A DNA stretch of 48,681 nt from Octopus bimaculoides (taxonomy: Eukaryota): contig NC_068999.1 of NCBI RefSeq assembly GCF_001194135.2, forward strand, positions 13,439,166 through 13,487,846. The letters run 5' to 3'. Of the stretch, positions 1-12,105 are shown piece after piece. Position 1 is the stretch's first letter. Each line of letters begins with the position of its first letter. The notes under the pieces are model-generated. The model did not search any database, had not been told where the DNA came from, and worked only from the letters and a program-made list of their open reading frames with translations. The translations under genes were made by a program, and so were the position numbers.

Positions 1-253
1 TGCCACTGGAAAAGAAGATATAAGATTTGCCAGGTTTTTCTCTCTCACCAAGGTCATCAGCTGTCGAACGCCGACGAAGGGAAATAACCCTGAAATCCGG
101 ATACGTTCGTGCTGCTGGCCGTGGTGAGAGGGATAACTCCCTTGGCAAACAGGACACAGTCGTGTGTCGATAAGCCAGCTGGAGGAGATGTCCTCCTGGG
201 GCTAAAAGCAACAGTAACATCCACCCCTAGGGGTCAGCCACACTTAAGTGGCA
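1..253 (+). mobile_element. Highly structured hammerhead-bearing repeat (retrozyme-like or PLE terminal repeat); may extend left of the window
   Basis: GC-rich island in AT-rich DNA. Nested pairings 26-34/141-149 and 39-50/122-133 flank the ribozyme; hairpins at 153-168 and 181-196; TGCCACT(1-7) is the reverse complement of AGTGGCA near 246-252. A homologous antisense copy lies at ~22816-22975. Confidence 0.6.
65..109 (+). ncRNA. Type I hammerhead ribozyme (U4C, A10.1-U11.1 variant), predicted cleavage after A103 (AUA)
   Basis: Folded by hand. Stem I CGAACG(65-70)/CGTTCG(104-109) is 6 perfect bp; core CCGACGA(71-77); stem II AGGG(78-81)/CCCT(88-91) with loop AAATAA; GAA(92-94); stem III is the palindrome ATCCGGAT(95-102); H17 = A103. 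G5, A6, G8, A9, G12, A13, A14, the C3-G8 pair and A15.1-U16.1 are all retained. Confidence 0.8.
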
Positions 254-753
254 ATATACTACACTTTATATATATATATATATATATATGTATCGCGAGA
301 AAATAAAAGATGAAATGAACATAGGTATTCTGTATACGCACAATCTAAAGCGCATACTTTCCGTTTTATAGCGTTCTGAGTCAATAAGGTCTGATCTTGA
401 GCAGTTAAGATAAAGCCTTCACTAATTTGCCTTTAGCCCTGTGACATCTAGCCAGGTGTGTAGATATGCGTGTTTCCGGTCTAAATCAAATTCTTTGCTT
501 TTACTTATGCTAGCTTTCTGTCTTTGAAGCCTTTGCCATGAGATGTTGTTGAATTTAGGAAGTTCGTTTGTTATTGCATTTGCACTTCTATGTTGTGGAT
601 ACAACACATAATGCTGAATATGGATTTGGTGATCTTTGACAAATCTCGGTAGGGAATTAATAAGTTGGCAGCAGCATGTCTGCTCTCACATACATTGCTA
701 AGATTGGCAATGGAACCCCCCATTGGATTACAATATTTCTCACCAAAGCATCC

Positions 754-792
<39 letters not shown>

Positions 793-1017
793 GTGTGTGT
801 ATGTAGTGTCGGGGGTGGGGTGAGAGAAATAATAATTTCTATACAATATCTTCATATAGAAGGCATGTCAATGGATAAGGAATGAGAATGCAACGTTTGG
901 CGGATGGCTGGCCAATTCTGGAAAGAAAAAAAAAATATATCGAAATGGACAAAAAGACAAATTACGGACTGGGAGTAAAGGATCCATTACACGATAATGC
1001 CACTAACAATACCAACG

Positions 1018-1146
1018 ATGATTATCATGATGACAATGATGACGATGTTGATGATGATGATGATAATGATGATGATGATGATGATGACGACAATGATGAA
1101 ATGGAGGCTGATGACAATGATGAAAATCTACTGATGAACATTCATA

Positions 1147-1220
<74 letters not shown>

Positions 1221-1251
1221 AGAAATAGTACTAGTGGTGGTAGTGGTAGTG

Positions 1252-1331
<80 letters not shown>

Positions 1332-1335
1332 TGCT
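1018..1335. repeat. Compound trinucleotide microsatellite (GAT)n-(ATT)n-(GTA)n
   Basis: Directly visible; produces the poly-D/poly-I/poly-S ORF at 882-1367. Confidence 0.97.
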
Positions 1336-1989
1336 GTTGCTGTATGTTCAAACGTAACACGCTTTGAAGAAGATACAATATTTTGATTTTGTTGATGACT
1401 ATTATTATTAATGGCTGTTTAACGTTTTAAATTGTTGTCAAATACCTGACATATTACATCAATAGATTTGCGTCATTTTGCAGACATCTAAAAGTGCTAC
1501 ACGGGATTAGCTCATGCAATAAAATCGAGGACACAACGCAACTCACAGCGACATACGATACATGGAAAGGCGTTGTAAGCCGACATGTAATATTGCCTTT
1601 AGCGAAAAAGGTAAAAAGCTGTAATAATAATAATAATAATTATAATAATATATATATATATANNNNNNNNNNNNNNNNNNNNNNNNNNNNNNNNNNNNNN
1701 NNNNNNNNNNNNNNNNNNNNNNNNNNNNNNNNNNNNNNNNNNNNNNNNNNNNNNNNNNNNNNNNNNNNNNNNNNNNNNNNNNNNNNNNNNNNNNNNNNNN
1801 NNNNNNNNNNNNNNNNNNNNNNNNNNNNNNNNNNNNNNNNNNNNNNNNNNNNNNNNNNNNNNNNNNNNNNNNNNNNNNNNNNNNNNNNNNNNNNNNNNNN
1901 NNNNNNNNNNNNNNNNNNNNNNNNNNNNNNNNNNNNNNATACATACATATATATGATTGACCGTTGACTGAACACTATTCAATTTTTTT

Positions 1990-2145
1990 TCTCCGTGTTT
2001 TTCTCCTTGTCTCCGTATTCTTTCTGTTGAAGAGCGTAGCTCGAAACGTCAAAGACTTTCCGTATTCCCGAGCGTCATACTAATATATACTTTTGTTATT
2101 TACACCACCTGTCCTCGTCTGTTGTTATTTTTTGTATATTCTCCT
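1990..2145 (+). mobile_element. Penelope-like element terminal repeat (pLTR) fragment
   Basis: TTCTGTTGAAGAGCGTAGCTCGAAACGTCAAAGACTTT...GAGCGTCATACTAATA...TACACCACCTGTCCTCGTC resembles a common octopus repeat as I recall it, and contains a hammerhead-like core, which is typical of PLE pLTRs. Confidence 0.55.
2019..2055 (+). ncRNA. Minimal hammerhead-like variant (A6U, extra A after A9, 4-nt palindromic stem III)
   Basis: Stem I TCTTT(2019-2023)/AAAGA(2051-2055); core CTGTTGA(2024-2030); stem II GAGC-GTA-GCTC(2032-2042); GAAAC-GTC(2043-2050) containing the ACGT palindrome; cleavage would follow C2050 (GUC). Confidence 0.5.
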
Positions 2146-3158
2146 ACATACATACATACATGCGTATATTGCACATATATAGATATAGACATAGACATGA
2201 TAATATATGAGAGGATATGAGCATAGATATATTAGTAGAATATTTCAAACACATTGTATAAAGGTAAATAAACGATCCTATTTATGAACATTTTCAATAA
2301 AGTATATAATTCACAACAAAGGATGCATTCATTTACTCAAGCGTCAATGAGTCTACTGATATTCCTCTTCAATGCAACAAGCGTTTCATAAAAAGAACTA
2401 CTTCTCTTCCTTTGATCTTTCATAGTATTTGACATATTCTGTAAACTTTTCCAATATATCAATATGTTCGATAAATTGGAAATCAGCCGTGGCTATTATA
2501 TGAAAGGCTTCACCCATTGAATGTAAATGCCATGGGATCATACTAAATAACCAAGGCGTAGTGAAGAATAGCATGGAATATATGTTTATAATTCACAAAT
2601 AAATTACAGAAATGCACACACACGCACATTCATGTCTGCGCAAACTCACACACATATTTCTGCCACTTACATTGAAACAACGATCCGGGTAACCTATAAT
2701 ATAGTTAATAATAATTCCAATGTTAATTTAAAAACTTTTCACAATCGATGGTTGTAAAGTGTGTGATCTCTATTGAATATGTTTCAACATTGTATTCAAA
2801 TTGGAAGGTCGTAGTTGTATCATTAAAAAAAATATTCCGCATTTTGTCGATTAGTTTAGAATTACTAACATGACATGGAATTTGAAATGTGAATAAAAGT
2901 ACTAATGCTTTAAATAATGTTAGACGACATTCTGAAGACCGACGGCAGCGAAACACATATTTTAATTACTGTTTGTATTACGTGGAATATGCACCTTCAG
3001 CACATGCATACAGTCAGACTCTTACATCAAAAATATTTGCAGAGGCACACCGTATATGCTGAGAATAAAAGAGAGAAAATACTGAGAGTGCCATGCAAAT
3101 GTAATCGCTCAAATCAAGTGTATACATACACAATACATATAAATATAAAAATGAATGA

Positions 3159-3195
<37 letters not shown>

Positions 3196-3709
3196 TGCAA
3201 GANNNNNNNNNNNNNNNNNNNNNNNNNNNNNNNNNNNNNNNNNNNNNNNNNNNNNNNNNNNNNNNNNNNNNNNNNNNNNNNNNNNNNNNNNNNNNNNNNN
3301 NNNNNNNNNNNNNNNNNNNNNNNNNNNNNNNNNNNNNNNNNNNNNNNNNNNNNNNNNNNNNNNNNNNNNNNNNNNNNNNNNNNNNNNNNNNNNNNNNNNN
3401 NNNNNNNNNNNNNNNNNNNNNNNNNNNNNNNNNNNNNNNNNNNNNNNNNNNNNNNNNNNNNNNNNNNNNNNNNNNNNNNNNNNNNNNNNNNNNNNNNNNN
3501 NNNNNNNNNNNNNNNNNNNNNNNNNNNNNNNNNNNNNNNNNNNNNNNNNNNNNNNNNNNNNNNNNNNNNNNNNNNNNNNNNNNNNNNNNNNNNNNNNNNN
3601 NNNNNNNNNNNNNNNNNNNNNNNNNNNNNNNNNNNNNNNNNNNNNNNNNNNNNNNNNNNNNNNNNNNNNNNTATATATATATATATATATATATGTATAC
3701 ATATACATA

Positions 3710-4007
3710 CACGTTCATCCCATAAATAATGCAGTTTTTCTTCGGTTGCATGAACGGAAAAGTCGGAGGGGGTCGGAATAAACTACCTGCATCAACTTGC
3801 TATAAAAGCAGATAGTAATTTTAACAGTTATTTTTCTCAAAGCCATAATAGATATGACGAAGGAACATATTTGGCATGTTTTGTTTTATACATTCATCAA
3901 TAAACGTAACAACGCAAAGGAAAATGCGAAGAATATTAATGCAGTATATAGGGATCGGACAATAAGCGTAAGCCTGTGTCAATGGTGGTTCCAGGAATTT
4001 CTATTTA
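3710..4007 (+). mobile_element. Mariner transposon 5' end (TIR plus N-terminal HTH of the transposase), cut off by an N-gap
   Basis: ORF from 3854 reads MTKEHIWHVLFYTFINKRNNAKENAKNINAVYRDRTISVSLCQWWFQEF, matching the mariner HTH pattern (KEHIRH.LLYEF..G.NA.EA..NI..VYG....S...CQ.WF..F). Preceded by TA then CACGTTCATCCCATAAATAATGCAGTTTTT, a TIR-like start. Confidence 0.75.
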
Positions 4008-6109
4008 NNNNNNNNNNNNNNNNNNNNNNNNNNNNNNNNNNNNNNNNNNNNNNNNNNNNNNNNNNNNNNNNNNNNNNNNNNNNNNNNNNNNNNNNNNNNN
4101 NNNNNNNNNNNNNNNNNNNNNNNNNNNNNNNNNNNNNNNNNNNNNNNTATATATATATATATATATATATATCCATATATATATATATATACACACATGC
4201 ACACAGACATACATATATATATGTTTGTGTGTGTGTGTGTGTGTGTGTGTCTTCATGTAAGTATGTATGTATATAGAGATAAGTTTGTGTATGTATATGC
4301 AATGTGTGTGTTTCTGAATATTGGTTTATAACTGTACGCACCAGTTTTTCCATATGTAATTTCTCTTAATATATTCAAAGAAATAGATATAGTCTCTGCG
4401 TGTAATTACGCTTGTACGATTATCCTCTTTGTTATTATACTAATTAACGTGTGCCATACAAATTATGTTCTCATTTGCAGTGAAATTACATATCACTTGA
4501 ATGACATTTGTTCTATCAACATTTTCCGATTTATAACTTTTTTGAAAAATAATCTTTCTTAATAGATTGAACAAAATACTCTATAGAATTTCCATTCAAT
4601 TTGTATCCAATGAGAAATATATATTTTGCTGCTATANNNNNNNNNNNNNNNNNNNNNNNNNNNNNNNNNNNNNNNNNNNNNNNNNNNNNNNNNNNNNNNN
4701 NNNNNNNNNNNNNNNNNNNNNNNNNNNNNNNNNNNNNNNNNNNNNNNNNNNNNNNNNNNNNNNNNNNNNNNNNNNATATATATAAAGACACACACACACA
4801 CATACACACACAGACACAAACACACACACACACACACATACACACACACACACACATACACACACACACACACACAAAGTATGGCTTACGTTAAAAGTAT
4901 CTTTTGGTAATTATGCTTATAGGTGTTGATAGATATGCAAATGTGGAGACGAACTATTTTATCACATGTGGATTCTTTAGCAATGTTGGCAACTAATTTA
5001 ATATTTTTTAAAATCCTGCTCCTATAAGAATGATTTATTAAACGTTCGTAACTTTTGTTGTTGTTGCTGTTTAATACTTATTCTCATCAGTGAAATACAC
5101 ATACCTGTATTGATCAAGAGCTGAATATCTTTCACAAATTTTAATTTACTTGGTATTTTTAATACCGAAGGCATAAAGAGATTTACATTTCCGTATAGAA
5201 CATTACATACCAACGGATGTAAAAGAAACTATAAAACATAGAAACCATTTCTATCCGAAGATTCGGTTTCAGACTTTAAGTCTCAAAAGCTTACTGAATA
5301 AAATAAACAACTCATAAATATTCAGTATTCCACCGGCGCACACATAATGAACATGATACGGTTACAATATTTTAATAATAATACAATAAGTGTATCATTA
5401 ATAAAAAAAAATACTGTCAATACAAAACCCCAAATGGTTTGTGAAATTGTACGTATTAACTATAATAATATAATCAACACTAACTCTGATAATATAATCA
5501 TACACTATGAAATTGACGCTGATGTACGAATACACGTGGCCCAATGTACCCATTATGACTACCCGGGTGTTAATAATATACCAGGCACCTACATCATAAG
5601 CATATGTAAGCGACATTGTAAACTTATACTAAGATTCACAGCGGAAAATATCATATATTATATCTGCAAGGTTGGGCCTTTCAGAATACGCTACTTAAAT
5701 TTGTGTGTCCCACCAAAGACTGGGAAAATGTACGATGTGCTCTTAAGTATCAGAAATACTGTATCGTGAAAATGTCAGTAAAGCTGCAGCTGTTCTGTGA
5801 TAGTTGATTAAGTGCAGTGTTTTAAGAAAAGAAAGAATTTATGAACAAATAGGAAAGGGGAAAGTTATAAATAGTATAAGAAATGCATGATGAAGAAATT
5901 GAAAACAGAATATTTGGATAAGTGAATTGTCTGTAATTACAAACTCAATGTTGAAGAATATAGGTAATTAAGACTTGCTATTGGAATGGCAGGGGGGATT
6001 TTCCTAAAAAAAAAAAATGGATAGAATAGATATAGGTGTATTTTTTGCCCTCCACACTCGCACGCGAACACGCATATATACATGTGTATATATGCGTGTG
6101 TGAATATAT

Positions 6110-6150
<41 letters not shown>

Positions 6151-6744
6151 TATGTGTTTATATTTGTGTATGTACGTATGTATGCACACATGTATTTATG
6201 TAAGAATATATATATATATGATCGTATGTATGTAAATATATGTAGATATGTATGTTTCAGACATTATAACTTGTTTTTTTATGATTCTCGCGTGAAAAGT
6301 CGGCCGGTAAATTTGACATGGACGAATTCTACATACATTGTGAAAATAAGAAAGGTGTATTTTCCATAACTCAACATGCACGTCACAGCATCAACGAACT
6401 GCATATTATATATAAAAACTAACTGAACACTCTTGATGGTTTGAGCAAAAGACATTTCATACTAATTTACATCATGAATATATGTGTAGATGCGCAGGCG
6501 TGTATGTATGCAATACAAAGAAAACAATTTCCTTTATAGGGATGGAAAAACAACACATTCTCCACTAGTTTTTCAGTAAACACCCAAACGGTGTACATTC
6601 AACATACAACACATGAAACAAAATGAAGATTAACGATTGACTTCTTTTAAATATAATTTCTTACCATAATATAATATTACAATTAATATAAGATACTATG
6701 AATCGAAATTACAAATATTATTCCCACAATCATGGCCAAATATC

Positions 6745-6784
6745 ATAATAATAATAATAACAATAATAATAAAAATGATAATAC

Positions 6785-6818
<34 letters not shown>

Positions 6819-6840
6819 AACCATAATAATAATAAAAATA
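6745..6840. repeat. (AAT)n/(GAT)n microsatellite cluster
   Basis: Directly visible. Confidence 0.9.
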
Positions 6841-9648
6841 GTAATGATACTTTATCTTCACTAGGCCAATGCTAAATAATATTTTAAAATTGCAATATAT
6901 GCCTTATTTATAATCACCTGTGCTATAATTGCTATCAAAGTAAAAATAACGTAGTTTTATTAAGAAAATAACTTTCGTAAAACAACAGAATGAGACGATA
7001 GATATACATTATTATAATAACGTAGTTATATCATTATAATATTACAAATTTACTCAAGTCAGTAAAAAAAAAATCAAATCTATGTTCATTGAAAGGTGTA
7101 TTCCAAATATGCGGAATTAAACAATTTTATAAAATAATTTTTTAAACTTGCGATTAAGTATTACCTTTATTAATACATACAAAAGTAAATAAATCAATTA
7201 CCAACAATTTACTTAGTTTTACAGAGGAAAATAACTTACGTGAAATCAATATTTAAAATTTTAATGGGTAATAATTTCGAAATAACGGAAAAACAAGATA
7301 TGAACAAGATAATATTATAAGTACTATAGTGTTTACGATAAATATACGTATATGCATAATATTTTAAAGATTTATATAACTATGTTTAAAAATTATCATA
7401 ATCTTCGTTTATGTACTAATATGATCATCATGAATTAATTAGTAAATTACAAAACAGAAATTTAGGGAATAATAAACGACTGTAAATTAACGTTTATAAA
7501 TTTATACATACAACATAAACGGAAATAAGTAATATGACAATGTAAATGTTATTAATCGCCATAAGGTCTATTGTAAATCAATCATATAATATCATTATTA
7601 TTAACAAAGTTAATTTAAATTCTTTTAATAACTCAAGATAACCTAACATAATATAATTTCAAATGTATAACTTTAATTAAACTACGAATATACTAACATA
7701 AATTTAAACTTAGGATTAATACGATATAGAGTTTGTAAATATTAATGTATTTCGAGGCAATTAAATTACAATACATAATATAAAACTAAATCTATTTAGT
7801 AATATACAGAATAGTTATAAACCTCCATATTAATAAAGTAATTAAAACTTACTAATCAGTTGGTTCCCCTAGAAATATGAGTAACACGTTGGAGTTATTA
7901 ATTGAACCCTTATTGCGGTCTAAGTTTCTACACATACATTAACTGATATGTACACATAAAACTTTGCACTTGATAGATGATTTCATAGTTAATTTCTTTG
8001 ACGAAGTACGGAATGTTACATGTTTATAACGTATATATAGCCTTAAAGCAGATGCCCGCTTGTGTACTATAAATGGTCATAGTAAATTACGTCCCATTAA
8101 AGAACTTCCTATTAGCACCCTTGAATGAACCTATCATTATTTGTGGACGAGTAAAAATTTATGCCTTGCCGCCTAAAAGAAATATCTATCTATTTATCTA
8201 TCTATCTCCGTGTCTATGTATGTATGTATGTATGTATGTATGTATGTATGAATACTCTAACACTCACACACTCACACATATACATTTCTTCATATGACTG
8301 TAAATGTATCCCGATAAGTGTAAACCAAACTTCTCTTCGCAAGTTGTCTCTTCTTTCAGTTAATCATGTCTTAATACTTTGAATAAGAAAATGCGGGTGC
8401 CACAATGTGTGTGCTATGAGGATAGGAATAACGCAATGTAACTCCATTTTTATGACAGGAATTATATGCACTGTAATCTAGTGGACATGAAAATTGGAAT
8501 GGAAATTGGTATTAATTTTGATGAAGTGATTTTAATCCACATCAACTGTCGCTTTCCGTATACGAATTTAAGCCCTGTTAGTTTAATGGATGGGATCAAA
8601 CTTTCCAGGAAACAAGCGTTAATGAAATTAGTAACTTGTTTAAAATAATACTGCATTTGCTCAGAGACATAACGTATTGCTGTGAAAATTAGAACTTTAT
8701 TTTAGTTACTATGGAAAGAAAAGAAAATTGAATTCACTGCAGCCAAATCCGAAGTCTAATCAATCAATTTGTCGACTACTGATTAAGTAATCTCATCAAA
8801 TATTCAACCTTCTGCATTCAATAAAAGAAAACAAATTTTAACCATGCTAAGATGGTGAAACTAATGATTCCCCACCGTGGCGCAAGGAAATGCTGAGATT
8901 TGCGTGGAGCAATATTCCATTTCAAGAAGAAAATATTTGACGTGTATTGTCCCAAAAGGACAGTGAAGAATTGGGTTACATTTCTGTTAGCATATTTAAT
9001 GTAATCTTTAAAAAAACATGATTAGAATTAAGTTGTGTCAATGATTATCGCCATTATTGACGTTATTTTTGTAAATGAAGAATCAAATATGTTTTGGTGA
9101 GAAGTACTCCTCAACAAATTATGGCATTCACAATACAACCTGCTGCAACGATAGAGCTATTAGTGGTAGGTTATGGGAGAAGAAGATGCGAAGTTTCTTC
9201 AACCCACGATAATTCGTATATCGCGTATATATTAAGCTGTAACATGTAAACTGGAAGCAGAGTAATAACTGTATTTTAATAGATAGATTGATTTTATATC
9301 AGAAACAAATCGTGATTTTCTATAGGTTTACTTTTTAATAGAGAAAAATGTAAAAACTTGCAGAATAGATGATCGTCCAGGAGAAATATGGTGAATCAAG
9401 GCCTGTTACTATCCTATCTTATGTAAAATATGCATAGCGTTTCTATGTAGAGGGCTCCCATCTCTGTTTTGCGATGGCCATTAAATTATAACTAAAGTTA
9501 TTTGAATGAAGCCTTAAGTGATGTGTTAACATCATCATACAGAATGGAGAATATGCATGTGACTCTCGTGTTCAATACTGCCGAACTAAATGTGTACTGC
9601 AAAAGTTGTTGCGGAAAGCATGATGGCGTTGCTTGTGAAATAAAGATA

Positions 9649-9702
9649 ATGATATCTTTGAGGCTAGTATTGCTTGTTTTGGCTACGGCATTTGTAGGTC
9701 AA
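9649..9702 (+). CDS. Possible first coding exon encoding a signal peptide (MISLRLVLLVLATAFVG[Q])
   Basis: ATG at 9649, Arg followed by a hydrophobic core LVLLVLATAFV, then candidate donors G|GTCAAG (9698) or CAA|GTATGA (9703). No homology support; could be chance. Confidence 0.25.
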
Positions 9703-11186
9703 GTATGAAGTATTCGATAGCTGAAAGCTAACCGTAGATCAATTAATTTCAGTCATTGTGGCATTGACATAAATATTTGAAGTAGTTTGCCGAAGTTTAA
9801 TCATAATTAGCAGTAAATTATTTTCCTACATCATTCGTCAAAAGTGCTTCACGGCTAAGTACCTTAAACCACTCCACCATAATACGCACAACTCCAGTCT
9901 ACTTATTTCATGTATTCTATACCGTAGATCCTTGACTTTTGACGTTCATTTTCAAACGTAGATTATATCAACAATCAAAGGTATGTTTCACAAATCTATG
10001 AATGCAGTGTGGTTAACAGCAACGATTCAAATACCAATGATATCTTGTTCGAACACTACTCATCATTCAGGTTTACTGTATTCGATTGTAGTATCTAACA
10101 GACCAATCAAAGCAATGTGAATAAATATGAGATGTTAAAACGCTATGTAGAAACAAGCCAACGACATCGTTAAGGCTTCGATCGTACAAGAAGGCGTGAT
10201 TAGAGTACATAATCCTCACACAACTATTTGATCAAACAACTATTTGATCAGGAATAATAACTCAGTTTTATTTGCTGGCTGCGCTTTTTCCAATAGTTAG
10301 AGGGTGAATATTTGATGTGGTTATGAACACAACAACTCATTTACTAAATAGGCAATTAAAAAAAAAGTAGGATTTGAAATTATGCATATATTATCATAAT
10401 TGATTTCAGTAATCACACACTTTTGCCTTAGTACTTCGAGCATTTTAGGTCTACATAGCTAAGAGATCCATATTTATCATATTTCCTAATATATATATAC
10501 AGACTGAGAGAGAGAGAGAGAGAGAGAGAGAGNNNNNNNNNNNNNNNNNNNNNNNNNNNNNNNNNNNNNNNNNNNNNNNNNNNNNNNNNNNNNNNNNNNN
10601 NNNNNNNNNNNNNNNNNNNNNNNNNNNNNNNNNNNNNNNNNNNNNNNNNNNNNNNNNNNNNNNNNNNNNNNNNNNNNNNNNNNNNNNNNNNNNNNNNNNN
10701 NNNNNNNNNNNNNNNNNNNNNNNNNNNNNNNNNNNNNNNNNNNNNNNNNNNNNNNNNNNNNNNNNNNNNNNNNNNNNNNNNNNNNNNNNNNNNNNNNNNN
10801 NNNNNNNNNNNNNNNNNNNNNNNNNNNNNNNNNNNNNNNNNNNNNNNNNNNNNNNNNNNNNNNNNNNNNNNNNNNNNNNNNNNNNNNNNNNNNNNNNNNN
10901 NNNNNNNNNNNNNNNNNNNNNNNNNNNNNNNNNNNNNNNNNNNNNNNNNNNNNNNNNNNNNNNNNNNNNNNNNNNNNNNNNNNNNNNNNNNNNNNNNNNN
11001 NNNNNNNNNNNNNNNNNNNNNNNNNNNNNNNNNNNNNNNNNNNNNNNNNNNNNNNNNNNNNNNNNNNNNNNNNNNNNNNNNNNNNNNNNNNNNNNNNNNN
11101 NNNNNNNNNNNNNNNNNNNNNNNNNNNNNNNNNNNNNNNNNNNNNNNNNNNNNNNNNNNNNNNNNNNNNNNNNNNNNNNNNNNNNN

Positions 11187-11245
<59 letters not shown>

Positions 11246-12032
11246 TGAGTGCGTGTTTGTGTCTGTGTGTAAAAAATAAAATGAAAACATCCAGATAGGC
11301 AAACCATTTTGAACACGTGTTAATGTGATCAAGATGAAATTCGTTTAAAATTAAACATATATTAATATATCAAACATAGAAAAATATGGGTATATTAAAA
11401 GATATAAGATATATAAACATAAATATATACGAATATAACATTCAAGTATAACATGCAAATATAAACATATATATTTGTATGTTATAACATACAAATATAA
11501 ACATTAAAATATATATATAGTTATAGGTAATAAGATATTAAGACGTGTGACTGAAATTACTGAGGCTAATTATTTAATACATTCGGACTTATATGACAGT
11601 AGGGTAATATTTGTGATTACACGAATAAATAGCATCGGAAAACTTATTTAGTATAATAGAATCCAACATAACACGAATCCAACATGCCACAACATTCGGC
11701 AAAATATACGAGTACATAAGAAACGCTAAATGGAAAAAAAATCAAGACGCAAGGAGCATTTTCAGCCAGTTGTTTTGTTTCGGTTTTCCCAGAAGTTTAA
11801 TGCTTCTATGTTAAGACTCTAGCATTTGCCGGATTCGAGCGGTATCAGTGGTACAAATGTACGAAACTGCTAGGACTTTCCGGACACTGAAGCTGACGAG
11901 AAAATTGACTACGTATTGTCCGTGCATCTTGTTATTAAACTGTTTACCGTTTGTTATGTTACTGCCTATTTTTCCACGTGTTGTGTTTTGTTGTATTTCC
12001 GCTTGTATCCTTCGTCTCCTAGTCTTGATTTC

Positions 12033-12105
<73 letters not shown>

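Noticed and set aside
2916-2960. CTGAAGA…CGAAAC hammerhead-like core next to an AATGT/ACATT hairpin
   Set aside because: Stem II does not pair, and there is no stem III or NUH site consistent with any topology.
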